Source: Candidatus Kapaibacterium sp. (lineage in GTDB: Bacteria > Bacteroidota > Ignavibacteria > Kapaibacteriales > UBA2268). From it: a DNA stretch of 64,000 bases. Of this stretch, positions 9,426 through 20,498 are shown one piece after another. A program made the position numbers and the translations under genes. The DNA lies in NCBI GenBank assembly GCA_963664875.1, contig OY761611.1, positions 1,600,001-1,664,000 on the forward strand, read 5' to 3'. Every line of letters starts with the position of its first letter. Position 1 is the stretch's first letter. The notes beneath the pieces are model-generated. The model was given only the letters and a program-made list of their open reading frames with translations. It did not search any database and was not told the DNA's origin.

Positions 9426-11486
9426 TTGGAAAAGCAAAATATAATAATAGGTCAAGATGATAATCTCGCTATTGTCAGAAAGGCAATTAGAAACGTAAAA
9501 AAAGGAAATGGCGGTATAATAGGCATTGCCGGCGAACCCGGAGTAGGCAAAAGCTATTTCCTTAATAACCTTATCGAAAATCTACATAGCGATATAGAAC
9601 TTGATTTTGTAATTGTTGACTGCCAGGCACCAATAGGCAATTTCAATGTTGCAAACATCAAACCTCTTGATCCATTTAGCCGTGCTATACACCATATACT
9701 CAACAAATCGAATCTCACTGCTCAGCAGCGATTTAGTAAAAACGTAGCGTTAACTCTTTTTTCTGCAGTTCCTTTTATCGGTGATGCATTTTATGCTGTG
9801 AAAGAGCTCGGAAGAGATTGGAGGCAATATAAACGGGAAAAATCCTCGGAGAACAAAGGAAAAGCCAAAAATGTTACTGCTGATTACTATGATTCTCTAA
9901 TGTCTTTGTCTGATAAGAAAAAGATGGTAATCCTTTTTGACGATTTTCACTGGGCAGACCCTCAATCAGTCGAGCTTATGAATATTCTTATTGATGACAT
10001 TACTGATTTGCCGATTTTGATAGCATTCAACTTTTCTCAGAGTGTAGTCGAAAATCAGACTTTGCCGCTTGGTTCCTTCCTAAATAATGTTTCAGAGAAA
10101 GAGAGCTACAAAGAGCTTACTCTCGAAGCATTTGATTTGGATCAAATCAGCATGTACTGTTCAAAAGCGTTAGATTATTATATCCCTAATCCTGAGTTTG
10201 AGCAGTGGATTTTAGAGAAATCTTTCGGGGTGCAGGGAGTTGTCGCCGAATATATACGATATTTCAAACAGTACCCTCCATTTGATGCCCAAGGCAATTT
10301 GGTAACAAATTTTGAAGATAATGAATATCTACCTTCTTCCCTTCAGGTACTTTTTGCCCGGGGCTTAGATGACATGAGCGAAGAAGACAAAAATATATTT
10401 GCTATATGCAGTGCAGAAGGAAAAACGTTTACTGCTGCAGTTGTTTCGCAACTTTTAAATAAAGACGTTTTGAGCACTATCAAAAAGCTCAGAATCCTGC
10501 AAAAGACAGGCATAATTAAAAGTATGGGCCCCAAGGTTCGATACGGCATAAAAACAACATGTTACCGATTTACACAAGCTTTTTACCATACTTATTTCGA
10601 GCAGACTCTCGAATACGAAGAATATGTAGCTCTACATGGTCAAATTGCTGCGTTTTTGAAACAAAAGTTTGAAGAAACTGATAATGCTATGCTGAAAGAG
10701 GAAATTGCTCCATATCTTGCTGCTCATAGTGCAGAAGCTGAAGACAAAGACACAGCAAAAGATATGCTCATACAATCCGCTAAAGCTGCCGAAAAATACG
10801 GCAACGACGATGTCATCAATGCTGCTCTTACGAGATTAAAAGGACTGGGACAGCTTAGCACTACAGATTTGGAAAAGCTCTCTGCAAATGACAAGATTGC
10901 AGAGCTTGCAGGCATAGAAAAAGACTTCGAAGGTGGAGTTATTACTGTTAGCTCCGATTTTTCGAACCAAGAGCGACCTGAGGATTTTTATACTATTCGC
11001 AAAGTGCTTGTGCAGCTGTATCACTCCGAGAAATATTCAAAACTAGTATTGACTGCCGGTAGCTATTTGGACAGGTTTGCCGATGAGTTACGACTCTCTG
11101 AAAAAATACAGATAAACGCAATGATAGCTAAAGCCTATATAGAAGAAGGAAATAATTCGGAAGCGGAAGATTATGTTCGCAACGCTCTGGATCTGGCAGA
11201 AAAGTCCGGCGATCCGCAATCAGAATGTATTGCTCTAAATATCAACGGTGTTTACCTGTTTTCTGTGGGTAAAATAAGAGAAGGGCAGAATGTTATGGAA
11301 AAAGCAGCTAAGTTGTCGTTGGATCTTCCGCCGGAGCTACGATTGCTTACACTAACTAACATTGCATTGAGTATGAAAAATATTGCTCCGGAAATCGCCG
11401 GAAAATACTACAACGCAGCACGAAAATTAGCATCTAACTTGAATTTTCAGGATTTTGCGAACGATATGCTCGGTGGTTATAATTGA
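9426..11486 (+). CDS. STAND/AAA_16-like P-loop ATPase with C-terminal TPR-like repeats
   Basis: Walker A GEPGVGKS, Walker B 'ILFDDFHWAD', 'YRFTQAFY', 'LAAH', helical C-terminus; TTG start inferred after the queE stop. Confidence 0.75.
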   Translation: MEKQNIIIGQDDNLAIVRKAIRNVKKGNGGIIGIAGEPGVGKSYFLNNLIENLHSDIELDFVIVDCQAPIGNFNVANIKPLDPFSRAIHHILNKSNLTAQQRFSKNVALTLFSAVPFIGDAFYAVKELGRDWRQYKREKSSENKGKAKNVTADYYDSLMSLSDKKKMVILFDDFHWADPQSVELMNILIDDITDLPILIAFNFSQSVVENQTLPLGSFLNNVSEKESYKELTLEAFDLDQISMYCSKALDYYIPNPEFEQWILEKSFGVQGVVAEYIRYFKQYPPFDAQGNLVTNFEDNEYLPSSLQVLFARGLDDMSEEDKNIFAICSAEGKTFTAAVVSQLLNKDVLSTIKKLRILQKTGIIKSMGPKVRYGIKTTCYRFTQAFYHTYFEQTLEYEEYVALHGQIAAFLKQKFEETDNAMLKEEIAPYLAAHSAEAEDKDTAKDMLIQSAKAAEKYGNDDVINAALTRLKGLGQLSTTDLEKLSANDKIAELAGIEKDFEGGVITVSSDFSNQERPEDFYTIRKVLVQLYHSEKYSKLVLTAGSYLDRFADELRLSEKIQINAMIAKAYIEEGNNSEAEDYVRNALDLAEKSGDPQSECIALNINGVYLFSVGKIREGQNVMEKAAKLSLDLPPELRLLTLTNIALSMKNIAPEIAGKYYNAARKLASNLNFQDFANDMLGGYN

Positions 11487-11621
11487 TATAACTTTTTTAT
11501 AGTTCTAATATTTATTAAATTTGTAGTCGTTTAGAGTGTATCTTTTGTAAAAGATCTGCGTAAAGTATTAGATACTCTTCCCGAATTAATCTGATAAAAA
11601 CCATAAAATAGGATAATAGAA

Positions 11622-12386
11622 TTGAATAAGTACACTTCACTTTCAGTATTTATTTTTGCAGTAATGCTTATGATGTCATGCGGCAGTGTTGACAAAAAAG
11701 ATAGAGTGCAAACTGCGGAAGATGCTTTCAAAAGAGGAATGGAGTATTTCGACGATGAAGACTGGATAGAAGCAAAGGCGATGTTCGACGTTGTAAGGTT
11801 GCAGTATCCTACCAGCGAATATGCAGACGATGCTCAATACTATCTTGCAAGAGTTAGCGAAGAGCGAGGCGAATTTATCATGGCTGCTTTCAACTACAAC
11901 AGGATAAGAAAACTTTACCCTGCCAGCGATTTCGCAAAAGATGCTCTTTTTAAAGCTGCTGACAGCTATTACAAAATTTCTCCTCATTTTGAAAGAGATC
12001 AGGAATATACTGTCAAAGCGATTGAATCATTTCAGGAGTTTCAATATCTTTACCCTGATAAAGATAGTTTATTTAGCGTAGCATCAGAGAAAATTTCTGA
12101 ACTAAGAACTAAATTAGCTCATCGCGAGTACTTTACTGCTACTCTTTATAGAAAATTGAATGCTCCTCTTGCTGCGAAAATCTATTTTGACAGAGTAATA
12201 AATGACTATGATGATACTGAATATTACGAACCGGCATATTTTGAAAAAATTGAAGTGCTTTTTGAAATGGAAAAATATGACGAAGTAATCTCTTTAGGTC
12301 AACTTTATCTTAGATTATTCAATAAAGAATCTAACAAAGAAAGAGTGGAAGAGCTCACTAAACGTGCTGCAGAACTGAAAAAATAG
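11622..12386 (+). CDS. bamD: Outer membrane protein assembly factor BamD
   Basis: Lipobox 'MMSC', TPRs, 'YPTSEYADDAQYYLA', 'RDQEYTVKAI..FQEF...YP'. Confidence 0.9.
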   Translation: MNKYTSLSVFIFAVMLMMSCGSVDKKDRVQTAEDAFKRGMEYFDDEDWIEAKAMFDVVRLQYPTSEYADDAQYYLARVSEERGEFIMAAFNYNRIRKLYPASDFAKDALFKAADSYYKISPHFERDQEYTVKAIESFQEFQYLYPDKDSLFSVASEKISELRTKLAHREYFTATLYRKLNAPLAAKIYFDRVINDYDDTEYYEPAYFEKIEVLFEMEKYDEVISLGQLYLRLFNKESNKERVEELTKRAAELKK

Positions 12387-12456
12387 CAAAATTTGATATG
12401 ACTTATACATAGGTTGATTGGCTGAAGGTAGAATTTCTCTCCACCAATCAACTTTT

Positions 12457-12867
12457 TTATAAAACTCCGATTTCTTTAAGATATATAGCAAATTTCTTAT
12501 CATGCGTTTTAAGATGAGAATACCACCAATTGATGAGATAAGCATTTAATTCGATAGAAAGATGCATCGTAGAACCAAAGACCTTAGATTTCTCCTCAAT
12601 TTCTTCAATTTTATCTGTAAAAAGTTTATGTTCATCTAAATGCTCATCAGCATAAGGATAATTAAACTGACGAAAATACTCAGCTTCAGTCTCGAAATGC
12701 TCAACTGCATATTGTTTAAGATAGCTTAACGCAACACCGAAACTATCCTCGTCATTGATTTCCTCCACATTCCCTACCAATTCATTTATTCTAAGAAATA
12801 ATGCTTTGTGCTGGTTATCTATCCTTTTTATTCCGGTAAGAATATCGTCATCCCACTTTAGTATCAT
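12457..12867 (-). CDS. Bacteriohemerythrin
   Basis: 'W...ILTGIKRIDNQHKALF', 'HFETE', 'H..EH', 'HLKTHD' iron ligands; ATG at 12867 with GAGG RBS. Confidence 0.92.
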   Translation of the reverse strand: MILKWDDDILTGIKRIDNQHKALFLRINELVGNVEEINDEDSFGVALSYLKQYAVEHFETEAEYFRQFNYPYADEHLDEHKLFTDKIEEIEEKSKVFGSTMHLSIELNAYLINWWYSHLKTHDKKFAIYLKEIGVL

Positions 12868-12993
12868 TTTGTCCTCAAGATTAGCTAAATTATTATATGA
12901 CAAAACGTAAATATTATAAAATAAGTGCATAAAAAAAAGGACAGCCTCTATTTTTTTATAAAGACTGCCCTTAAAGTAAATTAGTTATCTTTC

Positions 12994-15900
12994 TTATTTA
13001 TTTACAATAAATTCTTTTGTAAATGAAACCTTTTCGCTTTCTATTCTGATGTAATATGTGCCATTGGCAAAATTATTTAGATTAAGTGTTTTCTCGAAAT
13101 TGCCATCAAGGCTAATTGATTCTGAAAGCATTGTAGCCCCATTCAAATCAGAAATTTCCATTTTTGCATTACCCAATATTTCAGATATCCTCAATGTAAC
13201 TTCTTCCTTAGCTGGAATTGGAGACAATTGAAGAAGAGCCTGCAAATTAGCTTCTTTTACATAAGAGATATCTCCCGTTCTGAATGAGTAATGTATGCCT
13301 GCACCAAAATCAGGATTAAATACTTTCAACAAAGTACCCTCGATAGATTTGATAGCAAGTGTACCATTACCTTGAGCAGGATATGCCCAATAGCTCAAAC
13401 CATACTGAGCCTGATCGTTCACTTCTAAAGTCAAACAAGCATTATTTACAGTTATTGTATCGCGATAGTAAGTGTTTGCTTTCATAGAGTTGTAGTTGCG
13501 TTTAACTAATACATCGCCATCTATATCTGATATGATATAATTAAAATGCTCAGGTCTTGCATTTGTTTTAAGCTCAACTATCACTTTTTTATTGTAAAAG
13601 TCAGGTAACTCGAATGTTGTTTCATAAGAGTCATTGTCTGCGTATTCATCTTGCTTACCGTTAGGTTCTGCCACAGTTACCATAAATTTATGCTGCTCGT
13701 CGCCTATCCAGAACGATGCGTCATCTACAGGAAGAGATATTATTTCTTTAGTGTGAGGCTTTACATTGCCTGTCCAGTTAAGAGTTTGGATGTTGTTATT
13801 GCCGGAAACATTATAGCTTATTTTCAACGAAGTCAGGTTTTCACTGCCGTTATTTCTGATTACTATAGTAGGGTCTGAGCAAATTGGATTCATCCTTGAA
13901 AATGCAGGCCAATTGTTTGGATTGTAAACGTCATAAATTTCTACATCATTTGCAAATGAGTTTTCGCCATATTCCACTACATGGAATGCCATTCTGTATT
14001 GACCGTTTGCCATACCCTGATTGTTTGCAGGTAAAGGAGTAATGGAATAATCAAGATTCAAGCTATTGTTCGATACGTATTGCGTCAATTCGAACTCATC
14101 TTCTCTTACCAAATCACCCGGACACCAACCTTCTCTTGCTCCAGGCCAAGTACCACCCTGAGGATACACAGGATTAAGAGCACAATCATCTCTCCATATT
14201 TTCCATGCAGCTATTTGATTGCCGTTTGAAAGCAAATAATGAGTATTCTCTTTCCACTCGCAGCAATGCGGATAATCGCCTGTATTAGAATTGTGTCCAT
14301 GGCCTGTTATTCTTGTTTTCATTTTCCATTGGCTTGCCTCCGGATTTAATGCTACGTCCGTAGCAGAAAGTTTAGAGTCGTCGCTTAGTGGACCATAAAG
14401 ATATTGAGCCTGAGTGCCCCATGGGCGTTTGATTGATTTTACCTGACGAGGTGGAGTGCCTTTGATAAATTCGAATCTAACATCAATCAATTCCTGTTGA
14501 TTACCTGCCTGCATATCAACTTCGCCTTTGAGAAGAGGAGCATAATCAGTTACGTCGTATATCCACGTAAAACCATCAGGTCCGAGATCAAGATTGATAC
14601 CATAAGGAGTAATAAATCTACCAATTTCCCAAACATCGATTTTTTCGAATGGTTCAGAATAATAGCTTACATTTTCATTAGTAATCGTATTTTCAGGGAC
14701 AACCATGGTGGAATCTTTTTTGTTGCCGTCTAAGTCATAAGAATATGTATAAATATCAGCAGGATAAACATACATGATGTTGTCAATTACAAACTTTTTG
14801 TTTTCTGCTTTGTACTCTACAATGGATATTTGTTTAACAGGTTCTTGAATAGTCTCGACATTGCCTTTAGTAGTGATATCATTATCACCCTGCACAAAAC
14901 CTGCAGCCGGCCTTACATCTAATTTGACTTCTTGATCTATAATTTCTGAATATGGATAAGGTGCAACGCTTGCTGGTCCTATTATAGTACCGTCATTACC
15001 TGCATCAGATTTATCTTCTATCACATAGTCATTAACAGACTCCATATCGTAATTCAATATCAAATTTGAATAATATGGATGTGAATTGTCAAGCGATTTG
15101 TTATACCAATCTTTGATAGTGTTGCCATCTACAGCTTTTGTCCAAACACGCACATCATCTAAGTCACCGTCAAAAGTATCTTCTCCGGTATATCGTGCAG
15201 CTACAGAGTAAGGAAAATCAATATCAATAGTTTTAGATGGAATATCTGTGCTATAATTCAGCGGACTTTCTTCACCGTTTACGTATAATTTTAATTTGTC
15301 CTGATTGGTAGCTCCTTTACCGTTGAAAACCATAGCGATATGCGTCCAAACGCCCTTCATTACTGCAGAATTATTGTAGCCATGCTCATTATTTCCGTTG
15401 CGCACCTGCAAATAGATTTCTCCGTTTGCATCACCAAGCTCTATAATGGTTTTAATTTCTTTACCCATTACTTTAGCCCAGTTTTTCCATTCATCTACTC
15501 TTATCCATGTTTCATAAGTAAATTCCTCAACAGCGTTAAGCTCTTCGTTAATATCTGTAACGATATAGTCGTTATTGCCGTCAAATGTCATTTTATTGTT
15601 GCGAATATCTCTGTGCAATACTTGTGTATTCGAGTTGCCATAAAACATAACATCTTCTTCCGAGCTGTCGTATTTGAGTTCAATAACAACACCTGTAGAG
15701 CCGGTCCAATAAAAAGGAGTCTGTAGATTTACATAATTCCAGCCATCGTTTGCTAAATCTATATCGCCTTCGTACAGTAAAATCATCATCGAAGATTGCA
15801 ATTCATCAAGAGACTCCTTGCTGTATTTTCTGATACTTATAGAGGCATTTTTTAGTTTGCCTTTGCCTGTGTGAAGTTTTAAAAGTTTTATCGCTTCAGC

Positions 15901-16431
15901 TCTTACACCTGCAGTTTTAAGTTCTTCTTCAGTATAATAAAACTGGATTTGATGAGCTGTTCCTTTTTCTAAGATTAGACTTTCGCTACCATCGCCAACG
16001 GAAAACTCATTTTGAGGATCGATACTATTGATAGTAGTTTCGATTTGGAGTTTTTCTCTTGTATTAAATATTGGTTGAGTAGTGTATGGTATCTCTTGTG
16101 GAGCTGTTCTACCTAATCTGTATCTTTTGGCAGTAACTAAATTCGAATCCATTTCACCGGTATTAAAAAACAAACGGTTATAGGTATCGTAGTCCCATTC
16201 TCCACAATTATACGAATCCTGCTTAGTCTGAGGATCACATTTCAAGGTATAATACATTAGGATTTTTCTATACTGATCAGTATTATCAGGAAATTTCCAA
16301 ATACCTCTTCTTGTTGTAATTGAGTCAAAAGTCAGAGTCTGGACAACATCTTTTTCAGCAGCAGACGCATCCGGGAGCAATAAAGTACCGGCAAAAACTG
16401 CACCGGCAAATAACTTAAGAAACCTCTTCAT
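12994..16431 (-). CDS. Secreted peptide-N-glycosidase F-related protein with LamG domain and T9SS C-terminal domain
   Basis: Signal peptide; 'CGEWDY', 'EIGRFITPYG', 'ITGHG', 'CCEW', 'CALNPVYPQGGTW...GWCPG'; LamG 'WTHIAMVF...LYVNG...GDLDDVRVW'; CTD 'SPIPA...GTYYIRI'. Confidence 0.85.
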   Translation of the reverse strand: MKRFLKLFAGAVFAGTLLLPDASAAEKDVVQTLTFDSITTRRGIWKFPDNTDQYRKILMYYTLKCDPQTKQDSYNCGEWDYDTYNRLFFNTGEMDSNLVTAKRYRLGRTAPQEIPYTTQPIFNTREKLQIETTINSIDPQNEFSVGDGSESLILEKGTAHQIQFYYTEEELKTAGVRAEAIKLLKLHTGKGKLKNASISIRKYSKESLDELQSSMMILLYEGDIDLANDGWNYVNLQTPFYWTGSTGVVIELKYDSSEEDVMFYGNSNTQVLHRDIRNNKMTFDGNNDYIVTDINEELNAVEEFTYETWIRVDEWKNWAKVMGKEIKTIIELGDANGEIYLQVRNGNNEHGYNNSAVMKGVWTHIAMVFNGKGATNQDKLKLYVNGEESPLNYSTDIPSKTIDIDFPYSVAARYTGEDTFDGDLDDVRVWTKAVDGNTIKDWYNKSLDNSHPYYSNLILNYDMESVNDYVIEDKSDAGNDGTIIGPASVAPYPYSEIIDQEVKLDVRPAAGFVQGDNDITTKGNVETIQEPVKQISIVEYKAENKKFVIDNIMYVYPADIYTYSYDLDGNKKDSTMVVPENTITNENVSYYSEPFEKIDVWEIGRFITPYGINLDLGPDGFTWIYDVTDYAPLLKGEVDMQAGNQQELIDVRFEFIKGTPPRQVKSIKRPWGTQAQYLYGPLSDDSKLSATDVALNPEASQWKMKTRITGHGHNSNTGDYPHCCEWKENTHYLLSNGNQIAAWKIWRDDCALNPVYPQGGTWPGAREGWCPGDLVREDEFELTQYVSNNSLNLDYSITPLPANNQGMANGQYRMAFHVVEYGENSFANDVEIYDVYNPNNWPAFSRMNPICSDPTIVIRNNGSENLTSLKISYNVSGNNNIQTLNWTGNVKPHTKEIISLPVDDASFWIGDEQHKFMVTVAEPNGKQDEYADNDSYETTFELPDFYNKKVIVELKTNARPEHFNYIISDIDGDVLVKRNYNSMKANTYYRDTITVNNACLTLEVNDQAQYGLSYWAYPAQGNGTLAIKSIEGTLLKVFNPDFGAGIHYSFRTGDISYVKEANLQALLQLSPIPAKEEVTLRISEILGNAKMEISDLNGATMLSESISLDGNFEKTLNLNNFANGTYYIRIESEKVSFTKEFIVNK

Positions 16432-16715
16432 AGCACACTTCTATTGATATGAATAAAATTTATTTATTACTCTTAAAATACTAAAAAGAATTGAGAATAG
16501 GAATAGTGAATCCCTATTCAATTCAATTTTTCTAATATTTTTTTATCTGCACCTTAAATATTTTTCAACAAGTATTGTTTTGTATTCCTAAAATCAGTTT
16601 TTATTTATCCATATTCACCTTGCCGGTGTAAAAATGTATAAGTTTCAAGCTATGCAGTATATAAATCTCTAATTATCCCAAAATTCGATTCAATATCCAA
16701 GAAACATAATATTAG

Positions 16716-16743
16716 AAAAGCTCTGCTTTTTAGGGCAGAGCTT
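16716..16743 (-). terminator. Intrinsic terminator of the TonB-dependent receptor gene
   Basis: aagctctgc...gcagagctt hairpin, ~30 nt after the stop codon. Confidence 0.65.
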
Positions 16744-16770
16744 CACAATTATTCGTTATCTACTTTGTGC

Positions 16771-18954
16771 TTATAAAGTAGTTTTCAAACCAAAGAATAT
16801 TTTTCTAAGAGCCTGCGGAGCTCTATGCATAACCCAGCCTGATTCTGCATAAGGCGCTGCACCATAATGCTTAGTACCCAAAACATTATCCACCGCAAGA
16901 TTTACTGCAAAATGCTTGCTTATTTGGTAATTAAGATTTAGATAAGTCAAAAATGCACCTTCAAACTCGTATGATTTATCTCCAGCATCTCCGTAAACAG
17001 CATTTTCTTTCAAGGTTTGTACTTTTGAATACCATCTAAGAGAGACTGCTGCAGTAAAGTCACCTAAGCTATAATCAGTTTTTAAGTTTACTTTATGTGG
17101 TGAAACCTTTGCGATAGGATGATCTTTCTCTTCATCTTTACCATCGATAAATGAATATGTAAGATTGAACATTAGATTGCTGTATTTATAGTTAACATCA
17201 ATCTCGAATCCCTGAGTATAAATTTTGCCAAGGTTAGTGTTGATTTCAGCCCAATCCACACTTGGATTCTCACCCAAAACTGTGCGGTATGGATTGTAAT
17301 AATTTTGCCCCTGATTAAATTCTGTACCTACTACTGCAGCACCAATCACATCGGTGAGATTGTTTCTGAAAAGGTCTAATCTGATTGATAGATTATTTGA
17401 GGCATAGTAAGTCGAACTTAGAGATATATTTGTGATTTTTTCCGGTTTGATATCCTCATTTGGTACATGCAGAATAAATGGATTTGCAAAATTTTCCCAT
17501 CTGTAATAATTAGACGGCTGAATATATGCTGTACCTACAAGGGCTTTAAGAGATAAATCTGAAGAAGGTTTATAAACTAAACCTGCACGAGGATTTATTG
17601 TTTCTTCGTATATCGAGTTATAGTCTAATCTACCGCCTAAAGTTAGCGTTAGATTTTTCATCAAATCAATATCGCCTTGAAGGAAAAATCCGGTGTTAGT
17701 GTAATTTCTCTCTCCAAACTTACTGTCAGTTAGTCCAACAAGCCCAAAAACATAACCTGTAGCAGGATCGACCAATCTACTCATATCATCAACAAGGTTA
17801 CCGTCTGTCCGAAACGGTCCGTCATCAAGATTTTTTGTTTTTGGGAAGGAGAGTACATCTTCAAAAGAAACACCTGTGATAATATTGACAGCTTCGCTGA
17901 TTGTCCAGTCCAACTGAACCTCAGCTTTATAATATCTTGAATATCCATATTTGTACGAGGCAGCTGTTTTGCTTAGCTCAGTATCTTGAAAAAGAAGGAA
18001 GTTAGATGCAGGATTGATTTCATAATCACCGGCAGAAACAGTAGCACTAAGCAGGATGTCCTCATTTAGACTTTTATCATAATTAATATAAGCATGACGC
18101 AAATCCTGTCCCCAAAGATAAGAATCGCTATAAGCATAATTGCTTGGGATCGTCGCAGGGGCATTTGTTTCCATTGTATGTTGCCAATCAAATCCTATGG
18201 TAAAATCTTGATGCTTTACTTTGCTAAACAGGTTGAAGTTTTGAATAGGATACTCTGTAGTTAGCGATTCGTCTTTATATTTGTTTACTACATCATAATC
18301 TTCATAGTCTTCGTGTAGTTTGTAATCCTGTCCGTTATAGGCACGCAGACCAACGATAACGTCAGTTTCATCATTGACTTTTCCACCATAAAGCAAATCC
18401 GCAATGAGGGCTTCTGTGCTTGCATAAGTAACGCTGGCTTCCACTCCGTTTACGTCAGCACCGTCTTTGGTAATTAGATTGATAACACCCGAATAGGCAT
18501 CAGCTCCATAAAGTGCAGAAGCAGGTCCATAAACGATTTCCACTCTTTTGTAAAAGCTGAGAGGAATGTTATGCCCGTATATAAATCTTTCGCCTGTTGT
18601 TGGATTGTATTTTTTACCATCCTGAAGGATAGCAATTTTTTGGTTGCCCATAATGCCACGCATTAAAACTAAAGAGCGGACTTCTCCCTGATTGTCATAG
18701 GATACATCTACACCGGGTAAAGTCCTAAAGATATCTTTCAAATCTCGATAGCCGTATTTCTTAATTTGGTCTTCCGAAATTGAAATTACTGTGGCAGGTG
18801 CATCTGAAATTTTTTGAGCCTTTTTGCTGGCAGTAACAACTTCAGTGTTTAGTAATTCTTCCAATGACAAATCCATTAAGTCATCAGACTCCTGAGCCAT
18901 TAGGCTTTGAAGAGAAATTGCAAAAATAAAAATGAGTAACAAATACTTTTTCAT
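16771..18954 (-). CDS. TonB-dependent receptor
   Basis: Signal peptide from ATG 18954, 'DLSLEELLNTEVVTASK', plug motif 'RVEIVYGPASALYGADAYSGVINLITK', barrel strands. Confidence 0.93.
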   Translation of the reverse strand: MKKYLLLIFIFAISLQSLMAQESDDLMDLSLEELLNTEVVTASKKAQKISDAPATVISISEDQIKKYGYRDLKDIFRTLPGVDVSYDNQGEVRSLVLMRGIMGNQKIAILQDGKKYNPTTGERFIYGHNIPLSFYKRVEIVYGPASALYGADAYSGVINLITKDGADVNGVEASVTYASTEALIADLLYGGKVNDETDVIVGLRAYNGQDYKLHEDYEDYDVVNKYKDESLTTEYPIQNFNLFSKVKHQDFTIGFDWQHTMETNAPATIPSNYAYSDSYLWGQDLRHAYINYDKSLNEDILLSATVSAGDYEINPASNFLLFQDTELSKTAASYKYGYSRYYKAEVQLDWTISEAVNIITGVSFEDVLSFPKTKNLDDGPFRTDGNLVDDMSRLVDPATGYVFGLVGLTDSKFGERNYTNTGFFLQGDIDLMKNLTLTLGGRLDYNSIYEETINPRAGLVYKPSSDLSLKALVGTAYIQPSNYYRWENFANPFILHVPNEDIKPEKITNISLSSTYYASNNLSIRLDLFRNNLTDVIGAAVVGTEFNQGQNYYNPYRTVLGENPSVDWAEINTNLGKIYTQGFEIDVNYKYSNLMFNLTYSFIDGKDEEKDHPIAKVSPHKVNLKTDYSLGDFTAAVSLRWYSKVQTLKENAVYGDAGDKSYEFEGAFLTYLNLNYQISKHFAVNLAVDNVLGTKHYGAAPYAESGWVMHRAPQALRKIFFGLKTTL

Positions 18955-19445
18955 ACATACCTCAATACTGTTTAAACGTTGTTTGGCTAAATATACACTA
19001 ATTTTATTAAATTTCAATACGTAGGATGTTAAATCCATAAGTATTTTTGCGTAAGCATTTTCCGCAATATTTTAGTAAACGTATGATATTCAACGATATT
19101 ATGCAGGATTACAACGCATTCGTGAGCGAGATATGAAAACAACAAATAAGTATTTTTGTAGATTGATGTTAATTTTTACACTTAATCAGTTTTATTGAGA
19201 AATATAAGTATTTTATGCAAAAATCGAAATTGAAGAAACCTAAATGCTACAAAAGTACTATACTAAAAGCACTTAGCAGTGATTCTCACTATGATAGCAT
19301 TCTTCCTTAAAGATCAAAAGAAAAGATATAACTTAGGAGTATAAATAGAAGCCGGAAAAAAAGTGTTGCTTGAAAAAAGAAAAGCTGCTTAATAAGAATA
19401 GAAAGCAGCTAGGTCTTAATTTTTATGGTTTACTTTAGGAAGGGA

Positions 19446-20102
19446 TTACTCAACTTCAGAAAGCACTTCTCTTATGCGGTCGTAAACGTGCTCTAAAGAG
19501 CCTACTCCGTTTATTCTGCGAGCCTGATTCGTTTGTTCATAAAATTCTAAAAGGGGCTCTGTTTGATTTTTATAAACTTCCAGGCGTTGCAACACTGTTC
19601 GTATAGAATCATCATCTCGTTGGAATAATTCTCCGCCACAAGGAGCATCACAAAAGCCTTCATTTTTTGGCGGATTGAATTTCAGATGGTAAACTCTGCC
19701 GCAATCTTTACAGGTACGTCGTGCGGTTAGCCTTTCAACGAGCTCACTTCTCGGCACTTCGAGTACCACTACAACATCGAGTTTTGTATTAAATTCTTCA
19801 AGTAACTCAATTAGTGCTTCAGCTTGGGGAACTGTGCGGGGGAAACCGTCAAATATGCACCCTTTTTCGATATAATCCCCTCTTTGAAGTTCTTCTTTGA
19901 GTATTCCTATCATCAAATCGTCGGGTATCAAATTGCCATGCGAAATATATTTGTCTGCTTCTATTCCTATAGGTGTACCCTCCCTTATGTTTTTTCTGAG
20001 CAGTTCGCCCGTAGAAAGCTGTCTCACACCGTAGTCTTCTACAATATGAGCACACTGCGTTCCTTTACCTGCTCCCGGAGGTCCTAAAAAAATCAAATTC
20101 AT
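19446..20102 (-). CDS. adk: Adenylate kinase (zinc-lid type)
   Basis: 'GPPGAGKGTQ', 'DGFPRT', lid 'CKDC...CDAPC', 'QRDDD'. Confidence 0.97.
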   Translation of the reverse strand: MNLIFLGPPGAGKGTQCAHIVEDYGVRQLSTGELLRKNIREGTPIGIEADKYISHGNLIPDDLMIGILKEELQRGDYIEKGCIFDGFPRTVPQAEALIELLEEFNTKLDVVVVLEVPRSELVERLTARRTCKDCGRVYHLKFNPPKNEGFCDAPCGGELFQRDDDSIRTVLQRLEVYKNQTEPLLEFYEQTNQARRINGVGSLEHVYDRIREVLSEVE

Positions 20103-20498
20103 CTGTATGTCCGTTCTTTTAAGTAGAGAACAATATTAAGGTATTAATCCCAAACAACAGGGAAAAAATATTAATATTTATAATATGTAATAGATGTTTT
20201 ACTAAGTATCCAAGAACTTTGCTGCTAACTGCCTCGTTTAATAAAAGTCTTAATCACCGTATAAACTATGTTAAAGTCTAAATCAAACAAAGCTACGCGT
20301 TTAGCTCTTGAAAAAAAGTATAAATATATGATAAAAATATCAAATATCCATAAGCAATTTTTGCACTTACAAAGAAAGCAGTTCAAAATTACTACTAAAG
20401 TCAAGTATATTAGTCGATTTTAGCATGAAATTATTTGAAATTTTGGTTAATTTCATCTCGTTTATAGAAACTATAAAGTACTTAGCTTTGGATTCTGA

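Noticed and set aside
19040-19440. Cobalamin or TPP riboswitch upstream of the TonB receptor
   Set aside because: No B12-box or TPP consensus recognisable; the region is AT-rich with only the adk terminator-like hairpin.
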